Origin: Vitrella brassicaformis CCMP3155
Taxonomy: Eukaryota > Protista > Chromerida
Assembly (NCBI GenBank): GCA_001179505.1
Contig: CDMY01000620.1
Location: 4,844-68,843, forward strand
Direction of reading: 5' to 3'
DNA length: 64,000 bases
In this document: positions 1 through 11,774 of the stretch, piece after piece
How the letters are laid out: every line of letters starts with the position of its first letter
Numbering within the stretch: position 1 is the stretch's first letter
Notes under the pieces: generated by a model
The model's input: the letters and a program-made list of their open reading frames with translations, nothing else
The model's database searches: none
What the model was told of the DNA's origin: nothing
Made by a program: the position numbers and the translations under genes

Positions 1-3000
1 GGTTTGTGAGCTGTGTGAAGCAGCCTTCTTTCTACGGGGGACGAACTGCGCACGTGAGCCAAACTTCACAGAGGAAGGGGGCTATCTGTCCTTGGCGTAT
101 CTGGCGTATCTGGTGTCGTTATTTAGATATCTACCAGTGTGGAGTGTTGAGTGACGTGGTCATCGGTGAAGGCCAAGCAAATGACGTCGCGCAAGCAGGG
201 TGTGCGCCTTAAGTAGGTCTCCACCTCCCTCCATCCCATGTTTCTTCTCCTCAGGCTTGTTTCTTCCTTCGCTGAGTGTCATCACCAATGTGCCACGACA
301 CCCAAATGCCAAGCATTGTCGTTTTACATCGACGGCCGTTGCGTCCTCAAAGATGGTTCTGCTCTTAAGAAAATGAGCTTTGAGCTGGGAGTCAAGAGTG
401 CCAGGCTCGACTGCGAGAAGGTGGACGACGTGGTACGAAGAGGCTGCCAACTATCCCGTTGTGGAATGTGCGGCGAGAGGGAGGGGGATTGTTTGCAGTG
501 CCGTAGTGGTTTTATAAGGAATGCCGAGGGAAAATGCGAATTCGAACACGACGAAGGTGGAGAACCATTGAAAGATTGCAGAGAACCTCGTGAACACTGT
601 TGCTGTCGTTCTCTTGTGCAGATGTCGAGTGGCCAAACATCAGCTCTCCGACGTATAGCAAGTTAGAGACTATCAGAGACGAAGTGGCACGGGTTGTCGG
701 CCAGATGACCATCGAACAAAAGATCGGGCAAATGACAATGGCTATCCAGTATGGGTTGAGCCCCATCGACATGAAGGCCAACTACATCGGGTCGTACCAC
801 GAGGGTGGCGACGCCGATATCGGTGACAACTCAGCACAAGAGTGGGTCAGGCTTTCAGATCGTTACTGGAACGCAACCACGGATGTCGACGACGCGGTCA
901 TCCACCCCCTTCACGGGCTCGATGCCGTCCACGGGCACGGCAACGTCCCCACGGCGACATTGTTCCCGCACAACATTGGTTTAGGGTGTGCCAATGAGTC
1001 CGCCCTCATGAGGGAGATTGGCAAGATAACCGCGAAGGAGATGGTGGCCACGGGAGTTGACTGGGCGTTCGCGCCAAGCCATGCGGTGGCGCAGAACTGG
1101 CGGTGGGGGAGAACGTACGAGTCGTTCAGCCAGGTGAGAAACCAAGTCACGAGTGCGTGCGGATGGACGGTTGTGCTGCTGTCTGTGTCTGCAGATACCA
1201 GAGACCGTCGAGAGGCTTGCAAGGGAGTTGGTCACCGGTATAGTGATCGGCTCCCACACATCATCTCTTTCATATCTGACCTGTTGCACGCCCGTGCCTT
1301 CAGGCCTTCAGGGCGATCCGGCTTCGTTATTTCTCGGTGAGGAAAATGTCTTGGCGTGCGCCAAGCACTTTGGGGGGGACGGGGGCACCCAGGGAGGGCT
1401 CGACAAGGGAGACTTTCGTGGGAGGCTGCAAGAGCTGAAAGACACTCATGTGTCGCCCTACTTCGGCTCCATCCAGGAAGGCGTACTGACAATCATGGCA
1501 TCGTTCAATTCGTGGAACGGCGTGAAGGCGCACGGGAATGAATTTCTTCTGAGGGACGTGTTAAAGAGGAAGCTGGGCTTTTCTGGGCTGGTAGTCGGTG
1601 ATTGGTGGGGGCATGAAGAGGTGGAGGGGTGCTCGAGGTTTCTGTGCGAGCAGGCAGTCGAAGCAGGTCAGAATAGAAATGTGCTGGAACAAAGCAGAGA
1701 CAAATGTGTGTGTGTGTGTGTGTGTGTGTGTGTTCCTTTGTTTTTTGTGCTTGTACAGGTGTTGACGTTATGATGGTTGTGGGGGATTGGAAGAAGTATA
1801 TCCCCAACACGATCAGCTCAGCCAAAAAGGGCGGCATCACGGCAGAGAAGATCGACGATTCCGTCACACGAATTCTCACCGTCAAAGCACTCTACGGTGC
1901 CATGACCACTCCCGCTCTGCGAGCAGCAGGCATAAAGGAGCGAGCCTCCCCGTCGCAGCGGCCTGGCGCAGGACAGTTGTCGGTCTTGGAGACTGCCGAG
2001 CATCGCGAGACGGCACGAGAAGCTGTGCGGAAATCTCTGGTCATGCTCAAGAATGGTGTCAAAGGAGCGACAGGCAAACCTATACCCCTGTCCACAACGG
2101 GCAAGTATCTTGTCGCTGGGAGGTGTGCAGACAATATCGGCCTGCAGAATGGGGGATGGACGAAAGACTGGTAAGTGCGTGGCCCTTAACATCACCACAC
2201 ACAGCTCTCTATGGGCCATTTGGCCGGCTAATCAGTCCTACACTCATCGCTCTCATAGGCAAGGCAGTGCCAACTACCCCAACCACCTTTTCGGGAGGAT
2301 CAGTGAATCCATCTACGAAGGATTCAAGAAAGCTACGGAGGGCGGCGGGTCGGCAACCCTCTACCAGATACGCGATGGAGAAATTCCAGACCTCAGCAGC
2401 TACGATGCCCTCATCTTCTGTACTGGAGAAGATCCATACTCAGGTCAAAACGGATCGGACACTCACATATGTGCATCATGTCCTGGCTGAATGGTTTCTT
2501 TCGCAACCAGAGTATCTCGGTGATAGGCACTGGCCAGCATCGATGGAATTTGGAATGTCAGCTGTCGGCGTTCCCGAGAGACAATTCCTCAATGAGGTCC
2601 GGATTAAGTACCCATCTTTGACCATCGTGACCATCTTGTGCTCGGGCCGCCCGCTCTACATGAACGAAGAGATGAACCTGAGCGATGCCTTCATCGCGGC
2701 GTGGCTACCTGGGACACAAGGTGGCGGGGTGGCAGACGTGCTCTTCGGGAAGAACGACTTCGTGGGCAAGTTGTCATTTCAGTGGCCATTGGATCCGTGT
2801 CTGACTACGCAGTACAATGGCACCCATGGGGATGATCCGCCCTTCAGTAATCTGATGCTGCCGATTGGATACGGGCTAGCGTATGACGACGAGTCGCCGA
2901 TTCCAACCCTTAAAGTTGACCACTTGCGAGTGAGAAAGACAGACTTCTCTTTACGATCTCTCGATTTGCTCGTGGCTTGTTTGCAGACTTGCACAAATCA

Positions 3001-3025
3001 CGTGAGGACCAAGACGAAAATATAG
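1..3025 (+). CDS. Multi-exon glycoside hydrolase family 3 beta-glucosidase/exo-glucanase with N-terminal PAN/Apple module; probably 5'-partial
   Basis: Exons join in phase through GT-AG introns. Apple-like ECHHQCATTPKCQALSFYIDGRCVLK precedes GH3 motifs MTIEQKIGQM, GLDAVHGHGNV, FPHNIGLG, RWGRTYESFS, CAKHFGGDG, MASFNSWNG, VVGDW (nucleophile region), SLVMLKN, GEDPY (acid/base), WLPGTQGGGVADVLFG, GKLSFQW, PIGYGL. The true 3' exon is uncertain. Confidence 0.9.
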
Positions 3026-3540
3026 GTCTGCAGGGCCATATTGCTGTTTTGGTGTCGCGTCATGCATGTCGTCCTTGTACAAATTGGCGGGCAAATTGCG
3101 TGTTGTTCATGTCCCGATTATAGGCAGGAAATGCAGAGACAGATTATCAGCTTTGTAAGTTGTCACGTGCACACTGTTACACTGCGCCCTCAACAGCGCC
3201 TGGAAAATTGCACTCAATCGATCGCTGCTCTGGTGGATCCGGAGAATGTAGCACAATACAAGCGGAATACGATCCAAAGCTAGCCCTGCCCCATGTGCCC
3301 TGTGGGTGGATATCCGCCTTGCAGCCATAGGGCCAGCCCTGTAAGTGCAAGGCTAGCCCTGTCGCCATAGGGCGAGCCTTACAGCCATAGGGCGTGAGTG
3401 AACTCTGACCGTGATTCATTCATCGATAAAGCAGCATTGAGTCACCACGTATGAGTCAACACACACAAGCAAAATCCGCCGAACGTCACCAACACACCAA
3501 CACACAGAGACAATAAACGATCCTTCCATCCACCCAGCGT

Positions 3541-4290
3541 CGACCGCCAGGCGATCCTCGACAAGCTCCTTCGTTCGTTCGTTCGTTAACCTCACGGGGA
3601 CCTTGCCCCCCGGCCCCCCGAAGGGGTACTCAAGAAAGAGTCTGTGTGAGTCCATAGAAAATCACGAGTCCGGAGAAGGAAGCATTGGATGCAACGCAAC
3701 CCACCGCTTTCGCGAGGTCGCAGAAAGTAGAAAAGCGGCTACCGCTTCATGCACATGCAGTGAGCGAGAGGTGAGCAAAGAAAAGGCAAACACAAGAGGA
3801 TCACAATAATTGAGATCCCATCGAAAGTAAACCTTGCCATCAGGCGCCGCAAGGCCATACATACGAACAACACGGAATACTTCCCCTCGTGCAGAGCTGT
3901 GGAGGGGACAGCAGAAAAGAATATGCAGCTCATCCTCAACAGGTGGCACCCACATGTGAGGCAAGAAAAACGGTGCAATAAGGGCAAGAGCGTAGTAAAG
4001 GGCCACCGATACGCCCATCAGTAACTGAACAAGGATATGTGCCGGTCCGAAAAGCGAACAGCACACGACGCTTGGGTCTAGGTAGTGAAAAGTAGCATGG
4101 AAAGGTGGACAAAGACTGGATAAGGCGATGAAGCCAGTCTTGGCCTGACTCAATAATGAAATCATCAAGCTCGACACAAAGTGGCCATCCCTCGTCGACT
4201 TCTTCTGGGTGAGCTCAAAGGGTTAGCGTAAGGTGGGATGTCGAGAGGTCGCCTGGGCTGGCAGCTGCTCTTCATCACGTAGCTCGCTGC
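3541..4290 (+). pseudogene. Degenerate CRE-like reverse-transcriptase fragment split by a LINE insertion
   Basis: DRQAILDKL (3542-3568) and KLDTKWPSLVDF (4167-4202) rejoin into the same peptide seen uninterrupted at about 55660-55790 on the minus strand (IDRQAILDELGTKWPSLVDF), which resembles the NAFNSI.R..IL segment of RLE-type RTs. Confidence 0.55.
3569..4166 (-). mobile_element. 5'-truncated non-LTR retrotransposon (LINE) 3' end with C-terminal CCHC knuckle, (AACG)n tail and 6-bp TSD
   Basis: AAGCTC is duplicated at 3563-3568 and 4167-4172. Minus strand encodes CLTCG (shifted frame) then VEDELHILFCCPLHSSAR, and ends GGGGCAAGGTCCCCGTGAGGTT(AACG)n. Confidence 0.75.
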
Positions 4291-4320
4291 ACTTCCTACA
4301 GTTCCCGAAGATGTGTCGGC

Positions 4321-4470
4321 AAATTCTAGACCCCGGCGGGACCGGGGGATGCACACGACAGCCCTTGTCCGTTTTTCCTCAGTGCAGAACACGTGCGTGA
4401 AATCCATCTAATGAGGGGTATGACGGGCATGTGCAACTGCACTGCCATGTACGTGTAAACTGCGATTTTG
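4321..4470 (+). repeat. Dispersed repeat with GC hairpin core (AATTC.AGACCCCGGCGG..CCGGGGGATGCACACGACAGC)
   Basis: Related copies occur at about 5310 (gap duplicate), 29830-29940 (minus) and 35437-35490. Confidence 0.65.
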
Positions 4471-5631
4471 TGAGCAGACTGGGATGGGCGACGTCGAGAC
4501 ACGTTTTGGTTGACGGTGTGGTGATGTCGATGTGGAACCGCGTGGCGGTTGGCTTGGTTGCAGTTGAAACGTTTGCAACCGCTCACTTCTTCACGGATAA
4601 TCAGAAAAGAGATCNNNNNNNNNNNNNNNNNNNNNNNNNNNNNNNNNNNNNNNNNNNNNNNNNNNNNNNNNNNNNNNNNNNNNNNNNNNNNNNNNNNNNN
4701 NNNNNNNNNNNNNNNNNNNNNNNNNNNNNNNNNNNNNNNNNNNNNNNNNNNNNNNNNNNNNNNNNNNNNNNNNNNNNNNNNNNNNNNNNNNNNNNNNNNN
4801 NNNNNNNNNNNNNNNNNNNNNNNNNNNNNNNNNNNNNNNNNNNNNNNNNNNNNNNNNNNNNNNNNNNNNNNNNNNNNNNNNNNNNNNNNNNNNNNNNNNN
4901 NNNNNNNNNNNNNNCAGCTCATCCTCAACAGGTGGCACCCACATGTGAGGCAAGAAAAACGGTGCAATAAGGGCAAGAGCGTAGTAAAGGGCCACCGATA
5001 CGCCCATCAGTAACTGAACAAGGATATGTGCCGGTCCGAAAAGCGAACAGCACACGACGCTTGGGTCTAGGTAGTGAAAAGTAGCATGGAAAGGTGGACA
5101 AAGACTGGATAAGGCGATGAAGCCAGTCTTGGCCTGACTCAATAATGAAATCATCAAGCTCGACACAAAGTGGCCATCCCTCGTCGACTTCTTCTGGGTG
5201 AGCTCAAAGGGTTAGCGTAAGGTGGGATGTCGAGAGGTCGCCTGGGCTGGCAGCTGCTCTTCATCACGTAGCTCGCTGCACTTCCTACAGTTCCCGAAGA
5301 TGTGTCGGCAAATTCTAGACCCCGGCGGGACCGGGGGATGCACACGACAGCCCTTGTCCGTTTTTCCTCAGTGCAGAACACGTGCGTGAAATCCATCTAA
5401 TGAGGGGTATGACGGGCATGTGCAACTGCACTGCCATGTACGTGTAAACTGCGATTTTGTGAGCAGACTGGGATGGGCGACGTCGAGACACGTTTTGGTT
5501 GACGGTGTGGTGATGTCGATGTGGAACCGCGTGGCGGTTGGCTTGGTTGCAGTTGAAACGTTTGCAACCGCTCACTTCTTCACGGATAATCAGAAAAGAG
5601 GCCCCCTCGTAACGGAAGGCGATCGGAAAGG

Positions 5632-5989
5632 TTGGTTGGTTGGTTGGTTACGAGCCCTGGGGATGCCCCGCCTCCCAAGTCTTTGCGAGTCCGATTCATG
5701 TACACTGGCCACGCACGATCACACTCCGATCGACCGATCGCACGCCTCTGTGTCCTCAGCTTTTACACGAGTCGATTTCACGGCAGCTACCCTACGCATC
5801 CTAGTGCCACTCCTCGGCTGGTCCTCGCGGCGCGTCCAGTGAGATCCGTTTCAGAGGCAGTCCAGTGAGATCCTTAGGGTAGCTAGTCTAGACTCCCTCC
5901 CGAAACTTGCGCCATGGGTCCGATGAAGGGCTCGAACCCATGACGACCGGCTCATATGATTCCGTGGCGAACCACTCGGCCATGGAGCC
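5632..5989 (-). mobile_element. tRNA-derived SINE with LINE-like tail and (AACC)n end
   Basis: Minus strand begins GGCTCCATGGCCGAGTGG (A box) ... GGGTTCGAGCCC (B box) with a poorly pairing acceptor stem, and ends GGACTCGCAAAGACTTGGGAGG...(AACC)n. AAAGG flanks both sides (5627-5631 and 5990-5994). Confidence 0.75.
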
Positions 5990-6339
5990 AAAGGGACACC
6001 TTACAAAATTTCGCGGATCGAAGTATAGACATAAACATCTAATTAGCTCGCATAGCTCGCACAGCTCCAGAGCCCGTCTTAAAAGGCAGATGGGCAGCAT
6101 CGTGTGAGGAGATTTGGCGGCCATTCCTGAAGACCTGGGGAAGCCGAATGAAGAGGTGCTTGCTCCGTGAATTACGATGCTGGCCGAGAAACCAAGAATC
6201 GGCTGCACTTCTGTGTGTGACTGAAGAGAGGGCGTAGACAGCAAAGGGAGGTGGCAATGTGGACGACGCAGTGTCGCCCCCTCCCCCTTGAATGGGGGAG
6301 GGGGCTGCAAAAGGTCAGCTTCCATGAGCCAATGGTCAG

Positions 6340-7059
6340 AGGCAGAAGAGAGCGCGTCGACCACGGATGGATTGAAGGTGATAATGGCTGTCATGTAGGA
6401 CTCCGGCACACAGATCTAGTCGTCTGAGCGCTCCTGTGTCTGTCTCGGTAGGTGTGTTGATGTTTCGTTTGGCCGCATTGCCGCCTTCTCTACTGCACGG
6501 TGAGGTGATGGCCGTCACGCAGGATTCTGGCAAGCAGATCTACTCATCTGAATGCTCCTGTGTCTGCCTGGCAGGTATGTTGTTGAGCCGCATTGCCGCC
6601 GTCTCTATTGCCAGGTGAGCCGATGGCCGTCACGCAAGATTCCAACTTACATACATACACTCATCTGTGTGCTTCGGTATGCGGGTCTTCCCGCATTCAT
6701 ATGTGTATGCGCCATTGTTTCGTGCATCCATAGCATCTGAGCACAAAGCTTTTGTCGTGCCCATGTTTGTCTCCTTGCGTGTTTTATTGTTATTTGATAC
6801 GTCGACGGATGGGAATGCAGTGAGTGTCTATACAGTGTACAGGGCATGTTGAGCGGGTCAACTAAATATGGGTCAGAAGGATAGAAGTGAGATGGATGTC
6901 TGACTACTGCTAAAGGTCTGTTGGAGCCGGTCCGCCGCTCGTCGCCCTTGCTTGTGTCGCACCAGTAGCGGTGGGATAATGGTGGTGTAGCATTCATATT
7001 GTGTCTTTCTTGGTCGTCCCTCGCTCTACTCAGTCTGTCTCACTTCATGCTTTTTTCAC
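6340..7059 (+). repeat. Dispersed repeat family B, left part (contains ~120-bp tandem units at 6391-6630)
   Basis: Reverse complement of about 27990-28554; continues at 10740 after an insertion. Confidence 0.8.
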
Positions 7060-10000
7060 TGAAAGACGGTAGATTCGTGTGAAGCTGGCCATAAGGGATA
7101 GACACACAGCCATAGCCATAAGCGATAGACATTCAAGTGAGTGATCGATCCGTTTGTCCGTCATGCATGGACAGACGCACCCATATGCACCCGCAGTCAC
7201 CGTCAGCTCCCGTGTCTATCGACAAAGTATCTATCGACAAAGCCTACCGACCTATCTACTGGGTCTTGCCCGCTGGGCTGACCGCCCGCTACCTCAGGAT
7301 GGCCACTGCAAACACAGACACAGGCACACCATCGACCAACGCAACCCACACCCCATGGCTTGGTGCCTGGTCTCTCACCTGTGCACGGCTGACCGCCAGC
7401 TACATCCGGTTGGCCGCTGCAAACACACACCGGCACACCCTCAGCCAACATTCCATGCCAACCGATGGATCGGTGCCTGGCCTCTTACCTGCTGTCGAGC
7501 CAATATCGTGGAAGGGTAACCTTGGGCGACGCCCGGCCTCATGCTCGCGCCAGAACTGCTGCTCTCCCCCGCACATCGACAGGAAGCTCGAGAACTCGCT
7601 GTCAGCGTACTCCCACACAGCCGTGTCCTCAAAGCCCGCGCGGCGCGTGACGGTGTCGGCGACCTCTCTCCACTCGACGATCTCGTAGCTCCTGCGGTCG
7701 CGGGATGAGCTGTCGGCCGCCTGAACCGCCCACCAGCCGTGCACACGCGTCGACTCGCCCGTCGGCAGGGCGCTGGTCTTGGGCATGATGAAAACGAGGG
7801 ACTTGCCGGCATGCGGGCCCTGGTGCACGAGGCCGAAACACAGGATGGCCGCCTGACTCAGATCAACACACGGAGGCGGATGCAACGGACCGGCCCGCAG
7901 GCGGCGATACAGCTGCATCTGCTGATGGAGCTCGTGCTGCTGCTCCGCCCAAGTCGGGGTGGGCGTCCTGGTGCTGGAGCCAGACATCCTTTCTCTCTCG
8001 TCTGCGAGCTTCCCACCTGAGTGCGAGGCTTTTGGCCAGAGTGCCAGATTGGAGGGATAGGATATGATGCCATCGAGCGTCAAGCGGGGAATTATTGACA
8101 GATAATCTCTATGGACAAGGGTCCGCCACACGCAACACGCAAGTGGCCGTCAGGCGCACACACGAACAGGTCTAAGTCACAGTCATGGACACGGTGGCCG
8201 GCTGCCCATGCGATGGATCACACCACACGAATGGACGGCTCCCCTGCCTTATCCCGGTCCGGCCTGGCTCTCCCCGTCTGCCTGTCTCGCCAACTCAACC
8301 ACCAGCGGACGCGCATCTAACAACGCGCTCGGGCACTACAACCAACATGCTACCACATGCACCCAGCCCGTCTACTTGTCCTGCATGTGCCGGAAGCCCT
8401 TGTCCTTCAGGGTGCGCTGCTCGCGGTCGATGCAGTCCAGGTACTCCTCGTCGTAGTCGTGCGGCTGGCGGCCGGCCCCGGTCTTGGCCCGCTTCCTGGG
8501 ATGCGCCTCGGGGTTGCAGAGGTACGACAGCTTGTCGTTGAGCGACTTCGTCATGCGCCTGGTCAGCCAGTGCTCATCTGTCCACGACAGCGACACAGAC
8601 AACGCACAACACCACACCAATGGTGATAGATAGAAAGGTGCTGCGTGGCCCTTTTCCCCACTCACCGATCTCGCGGGCCTTCTTCTCGTGCGTGTTGAGG
8701 ATGGTGCGGTCTTCCACCTGCTTGACGAACACCTCGTACTTCGGGCTCTTCGGGTCCTCGTGCCACATCCACAACAACTCACTCGTCAACGCCGGGATGA
8801 CCTTGTCAGACAAACGCTGTGGCCACACACACACACACACACATACACACCACACATCACACCCATGCCCACGATGAGACCCGAACAGCCCGGAGGCCCA
8901 TCCTCCGCTCGTCTGTCGAGCTGCGTACCTCGATCTCAGCCGTAACCTTGGCGTGCACGTCCGTCACGGTCGGGTCCTTCTTGAGGTCCTCCAGGAAGTT
9001 GTCGAACGGCTGGTTGAGCCGGTCGCGGATGGCGTTGGACACGACGGTCGCCCAGTCGATACGCCTGCAGACACCACAGAGACACAACCGACCACATCCT
9101 CGCCCGGCAGCGGGCTGTGCGACCTCCCTGCCTGATGATGGGTGGGGTGCTTACGTGCGATTGTAGCCGTCCTCGGGGAGCTTGCAACGGAAGATCTCGA
9201 CGCGCTTGCCGTCCGCCTCGTACACCACCTCCATGTGCAACGCGTCCTTGCCGACGAACTTGACCAACGCCAGCAGCTCCGACCGCTGCAGACATCCACA
9301 CACACACACATACAAACACCACCCTACCCACCGTGTGAGAGCATCCCTCTCTCTCCATGTCGCACCCCACCTACCTTCAGATGCGCTCTCAGACTGCGCT
9401 TCTGGGCTATCGCCTTGAACGCCTCGCCGATGTTCGCAGGCACGTTGACCTTGAGCATGGCCACAATCGCCTTCGCCTCTTGTTCGGTCTGCGCCTTAGT
9501 CTGACGGTAGGCGGACTGCTTGATCTGCTCCACCGTCGCTTGCGCCATCGGCGGCGCCGGCTTGGGCGATGACGAGCCCGCTGACATCCTCGCTAAGCAA
9601 AACAAACGGGGGAAGATGGCGGGAGGGGAAGTGATGGCTGGATGGGATGGATGGATGGCTAGATGCCGCGCCTAAAACAACTACTAAGCAGCCGCTGGGA
9701 CGGCAGGGAGCGGCAGAGGCGGCCTGTGGGGTCTACAAGTCGCTGATGAAGCCGCCAATCCCCGAGTCCAATCTGTGTTAGGGTCTGGTGTGTAAAACAG
9801 AAATATTCTGACCAATGGCTGAGACGTCCTAAGGATCGAACATGTAAAAGGATCGGGCAAAATGAGCTATTGTTTGAGGGAAAGTCGTGCTCTGGGATCG
9901 CGGGATGAGCTTGCAATGAAAGTGTGACCTTTTGCCAGCATTTTTGCGTGGTGCAAAAGACTCTGTGTGTACTTTGAGTGAATCCTTCCCCTCCCCTTGA

Positions 10001-10739
10001 GTTTTCTATCCATCCGATCCTTCCGGCGGCGCCCGCCTTTCCCCTGCTGAGTGCTTCGGACACCGATACGGCAAGCTGGTCCCTCCTTTCCTTTCCTGCC
10101 CGGTTGGCGCTGCTACAGGAGGTAACGCAGTCGCTCCAGAGGACGCTCTGGGGCGGGTAGACGGTTGCCTGTGGTAAGGTACCCCGAGGGAAGAGAAGGG
10201 GAGGCTTCTTGTTGTGCTGCGTTAGATCTCTCACAGGTAAAGCGTGTGTGTAAGCTGCCATCATCCTCAAGCCCTGTGGTCCTGCCAAACGCCGTGTCTC
10301 AAGTGTCTCAAGTGAAGTCCGCCCTCTCCGACGCTCTTATCTAACCTCTCTGTCCCCTTTCTCCCCTTTCAATTCGCCCCCTGAGGGCATACCTTGCTGT
10401 ATCGACGCAACCGTCACAGTCGACCACCCAATACCTCGGACCAGCCCTGGTCAGGCAAACACCGAATCGCTGACGCTCTCTCTCCTCTGAGGGGGGTCAG
10501 TTCGTGTACGTGACATTGGACACATTCGTGGCCGTGTTGCTCATCAATCGCTATCAAATCAAGTGACATACAGTCGCACGAACCGCTCTCTCTCGTGTCT
10601 CGAGTCGGACGTGGTCTCACACCACTCCATTCGTGACATACACACCGCATCCGCACTCGTGTGCACCCCCTCACTGAAAGGTCCATTCAAACTCTCTGCC
10701 TGGGCGGCTCAAACGGCCTGCAGCATCAGCTCTGTTGCA
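7060..10739. mobile_element. 3.68-kb insertion with TG...CA termini and TCAC target duplication, no recognisable transposase or RT
   Basis: The empty site is present in the copy near 27975-28010 (rc ...CATGCTTCTCT TCAC GCCTCC). Here TCAC occurs at 7056-7059 and 10740-10743 around TGAAAG...GTTGCA. Confidence 0.6.
7203..9587 (-). CDS. Intron-rich hypothetical protein (~9 exons)
   Basis: Successive open exons bounded by GT/AG with CA-rich introns: MSAGSSSPKP..., RSELLALVKFVGKDALHMEVVY..., RIDWATVVSNAIRDRLNQPF..., RLSDKVIPALTSELLWMWHEDPK..., DEHWLTRRMTK..., AAILCFGLVHQGPHAGKSLVF..., plus two duplicated terminal mini-exons. No family recognised. Confidence 0.65.
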
Positions 10740-10990
10740 TCACGCCTGCCTTCCAATCGCCTTTTCCCTACCTGACACGCCCTGTGCCTGCCTTTTCTTT
10801 ATTTTGGTGTCGTGCACGTCCCAAGTGGCAGTCTTTCTTGCAGACCAAACACTTACGATAAATGATGGGGGGGAGGGGGAAGATTGGGACAAACAAAACT
10901 TATCGTGTGTAAAAAAACCCTCAAAAGGATGAGAAACCCCACGTGTTTCTCCTCGATCCACATGATGCTTTCACGATGAGAAGGCCCGCA
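10740..10990 (+). repeat. Dispersed repeat family B, right part
   Basis: Reverse complement of about 27765-27990. Confidence 0.8.
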
Positions 10991-10995
10991 TAAAC

Positions 10996-11200
10996 ATGGA
11001 TAGAGCCAAGCAGCGAGTGGCTGCACGAGAGGGAGATTTGCCGCCACCTAGGGAATTCAAACCAGGAGACAGACTGCGCATCTACAAGAATCGGGTGCCG
11101 AAAGGCCTCAGCAAGAAGCTCTCCTCACCATGGCGAACAGTCGGCATTATTGAGACCAAGACAGGACCAGTCACCTACAAAGTGCGCTCATGTGTGCGAT
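10996..11200 (+). pseudogene. Ty3/Gypsy integrase C-terminal fragment
   Basis: REFKPGDRLRIYKNRVPKGLSKKLSSPWRTVGIIETKTGPVTYKVR closely parallels RQFQEGDRVRIYNDQVHKCLSKKLASPWRTVGIVQEKKGPVTYKVR in the 24166-25440 ORF. Confidence 0.8.
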
Positions 11201-11359
11201 GGAAGTGTGTGCGGCGTTAACACGTTTGAAAGCTGAAGCAAGCTCGTTTCTCATGGACTGGCTCGTCGAGGTCTCACACATCAGTGTAATGATAGTGATT
11301 CTGCAATGGGACGGGCCGCTGGATAAGGCATGAACGAACGAATCACTCTGTCATTCTCG

Positions 11360-11520
11360 AGTCACACGAGCGTGTGCTTGCATGTCAGTCAAGCAATGAA
11401 TTGATTCCATTCATACATTCAGTGAATCACTGCATCAGTACAGACAACCCTCCTCGGTTGCTTCGCTTGGGAGACGGCCGTAATCCTGGCCTGACTGGCC
11501 ATGAAGTGGCCGGCCATGGG
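11360..11520 (+). repeat. Dispersed repeat family A
   Basis: Matches 31885-31959 joined to 34982-35075, and about 26705-26860 on the minus strand. Confidence 0.8.
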
Positions 11521-11534
11521 TGTCTCACATCACA

Positions 11535-11774
11535 CATACATATGGTCCACATAGCCGGCCACCCTATACAGAAACACCCACCCACCTCCCCCGTCGGGTC
11601 TTCCGCCGGAAGAGCCGACGGGGGACACGAACTACGCACCCGCCCAGTCGAACACACCTATACTACCCATGGAGCGTGGGGACTCCACCGTCGGCTCTTC
11701 CGGCGGAAGACCCGACGGGGGAGGTGGGTGGGTGTTTCTGTATGGGGTGGCCGGCTATGTGGACCATATGTATG
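11535..11774. mobile_element. 240-bp MITE-like foldback with ~90-bp inverted arms, each ending in an internal hairpin
   Basis: 11535-11624 is the near-perfect reverse complement of 11685-11774. Each arm contains CCCCGTCGGGTCTTCC-GCC-GGAAGAGCCGACGGGG. No clear TSD. Confidence 0.75.

Noticed and set aside
3926-5600. ~690-bp direct duplication (3926-4614 and 4915-5600)
   Set aside because: The copies look identical and flank a 300-N placeholder gap, so this is most likely overlapping contig ends rather than a tandem repeat.
5916-5989. Functional tRNA gene
   Set aside because: A and B boxes are present, but the acceptor and anticodon stems pair poorly and the sequence runs into a LINE-like tail with a TSD; treated as a SINE head.
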